Below, piece by piece: positions 28,401 through 40,400 of a stretch of DNA of 64,000 bases. Both the position numbers and the translations under genes were made by a program. A model generated the notes under the pieces. That model saw only the letters and a list, made by a program, of their open reading frames with translations. It was not told where the DNA came from and did no database searches. Every line of letters begins with the position of its first letter. Position 1 is the first letter of the stretch. Origin of the DNA: Haplodiscus bocki (taxonomy: Eukaryota). Location of the stretch: NCBI GenBank assembly GCA_965655095.1, contig OZ296654.1:77748001-77812000 (forward strand), given 5' to 3'.

Positions 28401-31400
28401 CGTAATCCCGATGTCTCTATTTTGACGAAGTGTCGTTAAAAAAAGCTTTGAACAAGAAATTTCGACTTGAAGAGTCAGCAAATTTAAAATTGCCTTTAGT
28501 TTTTCAATTATCGGCGTCTGAAGAGGCTTCGCTTCGTTATCGCTCCACTCGCCTGAAAACATTCTTTCTCCAAAAACTGGCTTAATAATAGAAAAAAAAT
28601 TATTTGCGCATATTTATAATATGGACAGAAAATCTCTCGGTGCGTGTGCTTTTTTTACACGTTTACTTGCCAATTGCTCAATTCTGGCAAAATGCATGAG
28701 TTCTAACTAAGATTTTTTTTGCACCAAATTAAGCAAATGTGCTCTAGAATGCGTCTAAAATAGTAATATTTCTTCGAAACACTTTTTTTAACCAAAATAT
28801 AGGAGCATTTTTGAAATAAAAGTTGAATTGTAACGAAAAATTTTGAAATCAGGAAAATTTAGCGAATTTGTTGAAGCATGCGTATGAAATAATAACATTC
28901 TGCGCATATTTTTTATATATGGAAGAAAAATCATTCAATCAACATTCAGTTTTTTTTCATAAAACTGGCCAACTGCACAATGAATTTATGAGCACCCCGA
29001 CGCTTCGGCAAGGACGCTTGGCATAAGGGGTCAGTGCAGTGTGTGTGCGCGTGGGACCACAAAGGAAAGGTTGCGTGTTCGAGTCTCGGAAGGAAATTTT
29101 CCAAAATTCACGACCAAAAACCAACGTTTTATTCAAAACATTCAAGGTCTTCATGAAATTTTGACCCAGAAGTTTTAGATCCTCAATCAACTTTTTTCTG
29201 AAAAAGAAAATACAACAAACTTTTCACATAGTGCATTAAAAAAATAATTTTCATAACATTTAGTTTTATTCGATGAAGAAGTTTGCGAAGAAAATCGAAA
29301 ACGAAATGCACCTTCCCCATTTTTATCAGTGTTTTCTGGAAAAACTGTGGTATGAAAATATCCCGAAGTTATTCAGGCGTCTTGTATTTCTTCAAATCAT
29401 TTTTTGAACCAAAAATAGTTTTTTGAAAATAAATGTGAGCTGAAAAAATTGAATAATTAACTTTCGAATCAACAGTAGCAAAAATGTTCTAAAATGCGTA
29501 CAGAATGGTTAAAATTCTTTTTCACCAAATTTTAGACTTTTTGAAAAAAAATCAACTGAGAAAATTACATTTTTGTTGTAGCATGTCTTTCTTCATCTAA
29601 AACGCATTTCAAAGTTAGAGGAAAATATCCTGATGGTAGTCGGGGGTTTTGTTCATTATAAAAATCATTGACGGACCAAATTCCGCACTCCAGAAGCCAC
29701 CATTCCAGCCAAAACTACATTTCATAAGTTCCCGCCAACTTCAAGCAAGCGAGACAGTGGCGTGAAAACAAAGTACACGCAAAATGCAATTCCAGTTGTT
29801 CACCATCGAAAAAAAGATCCCCGTATCCGTGTTGATGACACTTGCTTTCAGAAATTAACACAGCGGCAAATCATAGCTTCGCACAGCCGGCAACACGAGA
29901 GCTGCAATTCAACCTTTATCCAATCAATGGCGTTCAATAAATTCATTTTCGAAAACATCAATCTGCTTATTGTGCTTCGAAAATCCAAATTTATGCTCGA
30001 CATTTTCTGCATAAAGTACTCAAACTGAGGTCACAAGTTTTGAGCGGCTTCACCAGTTGCTTTAACAGCGAAGTTTTCAACCCAATGAATTGTGTTCCAG
30101 AAAACCACATTCGACAACATAATTCTGCTGAAAAGTAACCTTGAAGTTTGAATTGAAGCATTTTCCGGATCCCCAAAGGTGATATAATTGGCTTCCAACA
30201 AACTTCTGAACTGCTTCTACTCAGTTGAAATTATTCCATTGCAATTAGGACTTTAGGGTTCAAGAAAAACACTGGAAAAAATTCAGCTGGAAAATATCTA
30301 AAATTCGATGTCCAAATTGGAAAACTTTCTGGATGCATGAAAATGGAGATCAGTGGCTTTCCGCAGTTCATCCGAACTGTCAGTAGGTGAATTAAAAGTA
30401 GATGATTGCAACACGATCGACTGGTAATGAAAAACTTGCGTCTGAAAAAAAACTCCGGTATAGACTTTTACTATCCATTTCAGCGGTCCCATCGTTAATT
30501 TGGCTTTTTTCATCCTATTACGTTACAGAAACGGCAAAAGACATTTTGTTAGATTATGGATACCTTGACCATCGCGGTGCTACTCCGAACATCCTTCTAC
30601 GCATTAAGCGCAACATGTAAATCCTAATTAATTGAGGCGAGTTGTTCACGTGCAGGCAAAAAAGCCAATCTTAATAAACTGGCGCAGCCAGCTTGATAAA
30701 TTATCACCAAATCACAATCACTGTGGTTCTCACGTATACCTTATAACTTGCATAATCATCAACCGACTTAATTATTATCTCTCATCTTGGATTAAAGTTA
30801 ACCAAACCTAGGCCACGTTTTTCGTTTAAAATGCCGCTGGCTCGACCGGAAAATGCCAGAAAACAGCAAAAAATGTGGCTGAGTCGAATCATTCCAAAAT
30901 GAGCAGCCGCAGGTAATTTCTCCTCAACGTGAATTATTTTTGATTGGCAGTTGAACTTACGGTAATTTCATCATGCAGAGATTCGATTTTGTATTTGTTC
31001 ACAAGCTTTGCATGCATAATGTCCTGTTTGAAAACAAGCAAATTCTTCTGCAGGTTTCTCAGTTGGATCAAGTCTCGAGGCAGATCTGTGTCTTCGGTCA
31101 ACGCTGTTATTGCTTGCTCTAGCCATTCGAGAAGGTCCTCGGATAACTCCGTATACAAACTCACTCTTCTGCTCTTTTCCTGCGAACAAAACACGAAATC
31201 TATACAGCTCAGAAGTTAGAGCCATTCTAAGTAGAAAAAGTCAGTCTTAGCTGCGACAGAGAACAAATTAAAATCAGTCCCACAATTCATTGCACCATTT
31301 TTTTAATACGCGCAATCATATTTTTTGAAGCGCACTTCTGAGATGATTACGATGAATTGGTCATTTACCTAAGGCCGTTCAACTAAAGCTACCGCTCTCA

Positions 31401-34400
31401 ATGTTCCCAGAGTTCAGCGCTGATTCACTATCATTCAGAAATTATCAGCACTGTTTCAGTTCTGGCTCAGCACTGTACTTTACTTGAAGATCTCTCGGAA
31501 ACAGTGCTGATTCCTGTCAACTTCAGAATAACATTTTTCAGTTTTTCCAATTTTGGATCTATTGCAAAGTACCTCAATTTCGGGGCACGGAATTGTGATT
31601 TTCAGCCCCCACTGGGAAAAGAAGGGAAAAATATAATTTAGTTTCAGATCTCCAGGTAACGCAAAAATGACAGAACGGGTATCGTTAGAATCTACGAAAA
31701 CATTTTCTCGTACAGTAGCCTGCACTTTCAAGAATTTTAGTTTTGCAGTCAATTTGTAAAAAAATTGGGGAAAATTACATTTTTAAATACCTTTAATGAC
31801 ATTTTAATGACCAATTTATGCGTTTTCATCACTTTTTGACTACATTACCAAATGTTGATGTTCTCATCTACACGTGTAGATATCAGACCTGTTTTCGGAG
31901 AATCAGCGCTGTTCAGTGCTGAAAAACTAACTTTCAGAGGTAAGAGAAAATGTCAAACATTCAAATGTGCTCGGTCAACTTTAAGATGCACAGTGCATTT
32001 CTAATTCATCAACAGAAGCTTGAAATTCATTAAATATGACCAAAAATGTCAAAGATTGAATGAATTTGATGCTTACGTCATCAAAAACAGCGTCATCTAG
32101 ATCGGCGGGCGTATGTGGTAAGGCAAGATACAAGGAAGTCAAATAGGTAATTAGACATTTCTCGTCTGGCTCACGACTCATCAACAGATCCTCCGGTTCC
32201 AAAATCGCTCTCACCCCCAGATGTCTCTCGGCCAATGAAAAGGCTAATTGTAGGTTGGAATGGGCGTCGTTTGGATCTACGTGGTCCAGATTAACAATTT
32301 GGGGGTAAAATCTGTGGATTAAAGCTAGAAATGCTAGTCCGGATCGCCAAGACTGGCTGAAATCTGTGATGGTGACCCCTGGATATCGGTCAGTGACCTT
32401 TCGGCACCAGAGAAGTAAGGCTTCTTTAGCTGAAGACAGATCAGCGCTTCTGCCGCCTTCGCCATCCTTGAAGTCACCGGCGACAGCGGGTGAGGCTGTT
32501 GAATTAGCAAGAGCACCATTTTTGGTTTGAGTAGATTCAGATGTAGAAACAGCATTTTCTTCTGATACACCAGTCCCAGGGAGAAGCACCTCTGTGATCT
32601 AAAACCAATTTCAAGAATAAGAAGCAATATCTTTTCATCTAGGTTATTTTTTTTCGAATGAATCCCTTTCTGGAATCTTTATTTTTAAATTTATTGGAAT
32701 GACTCACTTTCAAAAGAAACATTAATACTTGAAATCCTCAAAATCAAATGTTAGCTGGCGACATTTGCCAATTTACGCCAATACCGCGAATTCAAACTTT
32801 TACTTTATTATCAAATATTGGAACTTTCTGACCATCGGTTTCACTAGAAAAATTCATTATGAAGCCCATAGTTTAAGATACCATCGCAATCATTACATAT
32901 ATGAACAATTTAGAAAAGAAATCAAAACTTATTTTCTCAGAAATGAAAAACACATGAAAACATGCTTCGCTTCTTTTTATTTCTAACATTCAATCGAACT
33001 ATTTCAATTTCTTTTTCACATTTACATTTGGCGTCTATACAGTTCCAGTTCATTTAAAATAACAACTGGTGATTGTATACATACTTGTTAGCTCAAACTG
33101 ACATTGAAAACAGTTTGCAAGTTTTTGAGCAAGCCTTTACGCGTGAACGCTACGTCATATGAATTATTCTCTATACTCTTACCAACATCTAACATCCCTC
33201 TTATTTTAGATCACTCGTTTTCAAAAAACATGTTCATGTCCCATTTTTCCAGTCGTGTTCAAACTAAGAGCTCAACAAACTCGTTTTCAACTCTCAAAGT
33301 TCACTTTGCAGCATGTGAACAGAAATTTAAAAACTTTTCAAAAACTGCAAAATTCGAAATAGGAAGTTTTCGCAACAGTGCACGCAACATCGTTTGCATT
33401 TTCTCTTCCTTCAGCTAAAACTGTTAACCAACGCTTTGTCCTGCTCTGCATGAAATTCTACAAATTGAACCACAAATAATATCAACCAATTAAGTAGTAA
33501 TGGTTTAGTATAAATTTGTGATTAATTTACAAAAAAGCAATTGAATGTATTCAGACTTGAGAGCGCACTTATATTACTTTAAGCTATTTGGCTCTCAAGA
33601 TATTTGCCGCTGCAAGTTCTTCAGCATCAAATAGAACCAGCATGGTATACGGAATTTGTTTTACATTTTGCCTTCTTCAGCACGCCACACCTGCCAAAAA
33701 TAATCAGTCATTTTAGAGCATGTAACACCACTACATATTGCTTAATCACATTTACGACAGTGACTAACAAACTGATCATAACAGCGCGTGGTTCGCTTTT
33801 CATGCCAAGTCATTCGGCCGAATTTGAAATTTGGAGCAGTTTCATTCCGCCCAATCACTGCATGAACGTCTACGACCAAAAAGCATGAAGTGATCAGAGC
33901 AACACCAGACAGAACTAATTGTGTCCAACGGAATAACTTTTGATTTTGGAAAAAAATGTTGCAACGAAGCGGCAAGTGGAACAAATATTTGACCAGGATC
34001 TAATTTTAGCGCTACTTCAAAAACATTCGGAGCCTTTTATCAAATCGGAATTGATAGACAGGCAGCTTCGAAATCCTAGTTTATTTCTCAAAGCAACCGG
34101 TTGATCTGTTGTTTTACATAAGCAAAACTTGAATTTGCTCGGAGAACTGGGAATGAATATAAATTTAACGGCATGTCTCGTAATTTTTGAAAGACTTTCT
34201 TTGGCTTTAACTTTGGTCAAACTGGTGTGAAATACCGAAGGAACTGTTGAAAAAAGTGCCAGATTTTGCGCAAGAACAGAGCATATATCTATCAGAATTT
34301 ATAAACTTTGATCATAAAGATGAAATTGTTTTGTCTTTGATTGGAGGCATCAGATTTCCAAATTCCAGTTAACAATCAAAAACAAGCTTCAGTCCACACT

Positions 34401-37400
34401 TATATTTTTGCCAATATTCGGATCCTTGAAAAAACAAAGTAACTGATATCACCGAATTTTTCAATATGAAATGTTTAGCTTTTTTCGATTCAAAAATTCG
34501 CAGTACAAAAATGAACATGAATTTCTTTCTAAAAATTATTAAAGGCAAATGTACACGGGAACATTCCCCGATGAAAGGCGTGTTGAATTTTTCTCAAATC
34601 AATAACGACTCTTTCCACCTCGGAAATATGGATAGCTTCCTAAAATCCTAAATAAAATGGAGATAGTTTTAAAAAGCCGAGACACGTTTCACTATCACAA
34701 TTTTTCTGACGTCATCACAATTTTTCTGCCGAAAGAACGAAGCGAGCAAGTGAAAAAAGGAGCCAATGAAAAGCGAGTAAATAAAGCTCAGTGATAGTGT
34801 TTCGGTTGTGGCCTCATGATCATCATGCCGAATGAAGAAAGCGAGTGAGTTCATCAAGTCGTCCGCTACATTCAATCGCCTGTTTCATTCATTCAGCGTG
34901 ATAACATTGATTTCGAAGCTGAAAAAAATGTGAGCGGATGTTTAAAATGTCTCTGACAGATTGGAAAATTAATGTGCCGATGTGGCAGAAGGGTTTGCTA
35001 GTATATATAACAGACAACAACAATCTGCAGCCAATCTGTGTGAACAAATATTTTCATCAGCTTGAGTGCTTTTCCTCAACCTAACTTGAGTTAACTAACT
35101 ACTCCACTAATTATCTCTTCAGTTTACTGCTGAGAATCAGTCACATAGATAACGTTAGCTTTACTGAAAACCTTTACTTCTTTGGCTTGAACGTAAGATC
35201 AACGAGAAATCATCATGATCATGAGCTATTGCACAATATACTTGAATATGAACAATTGCCGAGTTTAGTCTTAGCAAGGAAATTTTTCCTCACGGAAAAT
35301 CACTCCCTATCTAGATATAAAATTGACGTCTACCACCCAAATGCATCAAAGCAGAGAAGAAGTGGCGAAAAAAAGAAGGAACCAACTATTATGGAGTTAA
35401 AAGTTTTCCAATTAATTGCAGAAAAATTACCTAAGTATCTAGCAAGTGCCATTATAAAAAGCCGTTGGGAAAGGGTCCGTTGCCAGCTAGTGTGACACAG
35501 AGGTGAAAAGGAGTTCCGCAAAACTAGCAACCTAAAAGGATCCAATCATTTGTTAGCTGCAAACAACGTTACAGATTACAGAAAAGCCAAAAGCATTTTT
35601 CCAGAAGTATCAAAAACTAGTCGATACCTTTTCAGTAAACCCGTAATTTGAAGCAGGATCGACACGAAAGAGCTTAGTGCTACGCTAGAGCCAAGCAGCG
35701 CTCGGAAAAGCAAGAAAAACATGCCCTCATTTTTTAACTCAGATCTCGGTAACTTCTTCTTCTTCTTCAGGCCCTTGTTGTAGCCCATCCCGGGCTAATA
35801 TGGGTTTTTGCCGACGCTAATCAGCAATCGTTTCAGTTGTCGCGGGTTGTCGATGAGGGTCTGTCTGCTAAAGTCCCTGACCGCTATTTTCCACCGTATC
35901 GCGTCTCCTCTGGGGCAGGCTGTCATGATGTGGTCGATTGTCTCCGTATTTCCGCAATATTCGCAATTTGGTGCCCTCTCATGACCGAACCTTGCCAGGG
36001 TGGCTCCGTCCACCGTCGAGTACCTGCTCATGCACTGGTTCCAGATAACCTGGTCTCTTCTGTTGTCTAGCCTCTTTGCTTTTGAGAGGCACCTCGCCTC
36101 TCCTATGAAGGTGGTAACTCGAGGATCTGATATCAACCTAAAATCTTGATTTTGAAAAACTATCTACAAAATACACCGACTTCCAGGTTTTCCCGGCAAA
36201 ACCTACTTAAGAAAAACTTTTCCATAAGGTTCTGCATTGCGGACCCACTTGTTGTGACTCTGGAAAAAAGGAGTCTGAAAAATCCCAATGTTTTAATTTT
36301 TTCCAGACTCCTCATTTAGGATAAAGGATTAAAATCTGATAACTCTTTTCAAAAGTTAGAGAAACACCTAATACATTGAATCCCTCCTTATTAGGCCTTG
36401 AGAAAATGAAGTCATTTTCAGACTTATCTCCGAGGACTTGTGACCAGGAAATCAAAGTATCTCAAAAGATCTCGATTTTCCCGTTCTCTCGGAAAAAACA
36501 CCAAAATATTTTCAGAAAGCAAATGAAGTTCATTGAACGAAAGACTGTGATAGCTTTGCTGTGCCTCTGAGAGACATCTAAAAAATGACTGAAAAATCTC
36601 GCCAAAAAACTTGAGAACATCATTCTAAATGCGATCGAAACGCAGTATAAAAACCATTGTAGTCTCCTAGTTGGGGCTCCCGAAAAGACGGGTCATTTTC
36701 AGCTTTATCTCCGATGATAAAAGAGGAAATAGTTTTGGAAATTTTCCCAACTTCTTTCCACAGAAAAACTAATTGAAAATATCTTGTGACCGGAACAAGG
36801 ACTTAATATATGAGAAACTAGAGTCCTATTCTGATGCCATCGCAAACACGGACTTTTTTTGAGACTTGCATAGATTTTTAAATGTTTAAAAAGGTCCGTA
36901 AAACGGAAAATAACTGGATTTTTTCCCACAGAAAACCTTCAAAAAATTTCCGCACTGCGCCTAAAATATATGCTTGGATACTATGGAGTCCCCCAAATAT
37001 GCCTATACAAAGTTGCAGCAGTTTCAAGAAGGTGCCTAAAAAACTGACCAGAAAGTCCTCAAAATACCCCAAATGTGCTTTTGCAAAAAAAATTCGCACG
37101 GGAAACAAGTTTTAGTGATTAATGAAATTGAGTCTCTCCATTAAGAGTGTGCAACAATTACTTGATTTGGAGGCCCATTTCTTGATTCTAAAAAGAAAAA
37201 AATACTTCTATTTAGATAAAAATCTTCAAAACTATCTCGAACTTCACATTTTTTTGGACAAAGAAGTCATTAAAAAAGTAGTGGACCGCCAACAAAAATG
37301 ATTAGGGGATAGATTTAGCGTCTTGTTGTTACATTTCTTCAAAAAAATAGAGAAATCCGACAAATAGTTACAAGACATCGAGCTTCGCATCAGTTTCACC

Positions 37401-40400
37401 CAGACAATAGGTGCTTTCGGGACTTTTCTAGGCAGTTCCAGTTTTGAACTTTGGATTTTTTACGGAATCGTACTAGCCGAACAAAACATTCTATGGAAAA
37501 GAAAATAGGCAGAACATTTCTAAAATCAAAACGCGTGAAACCAGCACAAGTTATTAATCAAAAATACGTTATATACGGTCAGACAAAAACATAGGCGTTA
37601 TGAAGCTTAGCTCTTGGGCTTCGAGCCGCACTTTTCAGACATCGGTATGCCTTAAGCTTTCAAACTTTAATTTGTTTGAAACGAGATGTATCCCTGAACA
37701 GGACGTTAGGCACAGCTCTTCCGAGAACAAAGCCACTGAAGATGATGGTACAAAAACTCAATATGGCTTGGTTTATCTTTGGTTCTCATATGATTTGCTC
37801 CCAAGAACACATCATTGATATGGTTGAATAATACACCGGTTGAACAAAACAAATTCACCGAGCCCAGTCAAAAACTGCTGAAGAAGTACTTCAAGACCCA
37901 AAAAAAGGTCGAAGTTACAACAAAACAAGGAACATCGAGAGAAACTTTCTCCCGATACCTCTCACAGCAAAACACTACAGCAGCTTCACCGCAGAGTTGA
38001 TATTACTGCATTGGAGCAGCCGCGATACAATAAGTAATTTATAGCAAGACTTCATTCGATGGAAATTCGTTAAATAAGGTCTCTAAGTTAGTAAATCCGG
38101 TCAGCTAAAAAAAATCTAAAACCTTGCTTAAATTTTACTTGACAAACACGTACTACGAACATTGCATGGTTCAAGGCTAATACATTAAGTGGCAGTCTTG
38201 GAAAAGTGGCAACAAATCAGGCAAATATAGGAAAAGTTTTCAACCAATGAAAAATTCAGAGATTTTTGTGACAACCCCACCACCACCATAACTAACATTG
38301 AATTGTCAATCTCAGAGAGTCCTCCGAAAAGATAGCTCTCACTAGGATGATTTACCATAGCTACGAATAGCAAGAAAACAAGCAAGAAACTGTTTACAAA
38401 CGACGCAATGTAGAAAAATGCGGAAGAACTGTTTTTGGAAAAGTTTAGTAATATCCCCATCAACATACATCAGGCACTATGCCATAAAAAATTAGCTAAA
38501 GTGTTTTATGGCTAAATGCAGTATACCATAAGGCTAAACTAAACGGCTGACATTAGGGCATTCTCGCTATCGCTCGAAGCACTTTAAAAAACGAGGACCG
38601 TAATAAGCTCGTGTTACCAGCTTAAGCAGTCCGGAAAGATAAATCACAGATAAGCAGGCCGAAAAAATGGACCTTTTCAAAACCCAATTATTTATTAGAG
38701 GACGATTGTTTATCAGGACTATAGACTTCACGCTCGAATAAGTTTCGCCGCATTGACACGAAGGAAGTGCACATAAATCGAAGGGTTATCACGAAGAAAA
38801 TTTAGTGACGGTTTTTTATCAAAAGATTTTCTGTTCATTGAGGTAATATCATCAATGTATTGATTACTAGCGCTTTCCAGGAAAATATCTCTGCTCAGAA
38901 AGTTTCGCGCTTTTGCCGTGACCCTCAAGCACAATTTCTGTTGAAATGAAAGCCACGGTAAGATCCGAGAACTTAAACCGCTAAAAAGGACTAAGCAAGT
39001 AAACAACGCAAAAAAATCGTCGGTGCCCCTAATTTAGTGGAAAACGTCAAAATCCGAAAAAATATACAGATTGAAGGTGAGCTAAGGATATTTCTTAATG
39101 ACCGAATCGAAATATCGGTTATGGCCTCAGAACTTGAAAGTGACCTTGATTTGAATAGACTTCGTCTGGTACCCCATTAAAACCAAGGACTGACAGTCTG
39201 TTACTCAATTACATTTACTGAAGCAATCACAACCATTTCTATTGGATCAATTTCAAGACAAGTACATGTATCGATTATTTGGTTCGCATCTTTAAATTTT
39301 GTTTAAAAGCACCATTCCAAATTTGTACTTCTTTGTTCGAAACAGTCAGACTCAATATCTTGCCACACATTTGAAGGATAGATATTTCAACCTCTAAGAG
39401 TTCTATTTGTTACCAAGAAAATTGAATCTTACGTCACTGCTGATAGACAATTATTTTGACAATTTGAAAGAATGGGAATAATTTCAGAAGCTTTTGAAAT
39501 TACTAACATGATAATGAAGAATTATAGTCCAAACCAGTCCAAGTGTCAGTTTTGGGTTTCCATCAACGATTTCTTCTTTGCGCAAATTAACAAGTCTCAC
39601 TTTCTTGCGTCTCAAAAAATCCAGAGCATGTTGCACGTTCGCTAATCGATGAAAACGCATCCGTCCTGTTTCTCTCGGCTAAAAAAGAGAACCCTCCTAG
39701 TCTTGGAAATTTTACAGACATTAAGGTAAACCGAATCTACTTTGCCTATTTTACATGGCGTTTTATATACTCATCAAGGAACTTGGAAAAGGTAGAGAGC
39801 AAAATCCCTCATGTGAAATGTTAGGTGGTCAAAATTGGTCATAGAATTAACTCTATATTCTAATAAGTTCTAGCAAATGAAAGCAGATCGCAAGTGTGCT
39901 GACAGAAACGATTTTAGAAAAAAATACCTCAGCAAAATCACGTTCTGTAAAGTTTAAATCCACTAACGATGTTTTGCTGTGACAAAATTTCCAGCAGAGA
40001 TATAAGAACATGTCCATCGCGTAGGTCTGCATACAGATCTTCTATCTGGCAATTCACCTGTAAAAGAAACTTGGGCTACATGAGACGGCACCCAGAAATA
40101 ACAGTCATGCAACTCGCGGTGGTCTTTAACAGGTGGCTCGCTAGCAGCTCTACATTTCATCGAATACAATCACAGGTACGACTCATATTTCGGACTAAAC
40201 ATCTTGGCGATGTCTTCAGAAGTCCAGTGTTATCATTTGCCTATATTACATTCAAAATTACAGATCCACTTTTACCTTTCTCATCAAACCCGGTTCCCTC
40301 GGCATTCACAGTCTGGAATAGTAGTAGTTTAGGTTTTCATTACGACTGCTGCAATGAGTGAATGGATGACTAGTTTCGATACAATAAACTGACAATTAAC

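Noticed and set aside
29640-30620. Coding-like stretch in intron 6
   Set aside because: All frames are interrupted and I could not recognise a domain or consistent splice sites.
31227-31230. Alternative acceptor TTAG upstream of exon 6
   Set aside because: Phase-0 use gives AAT GGC TCT AAC TTC TGA (stop); the 31179 acceptor keeps the frame.
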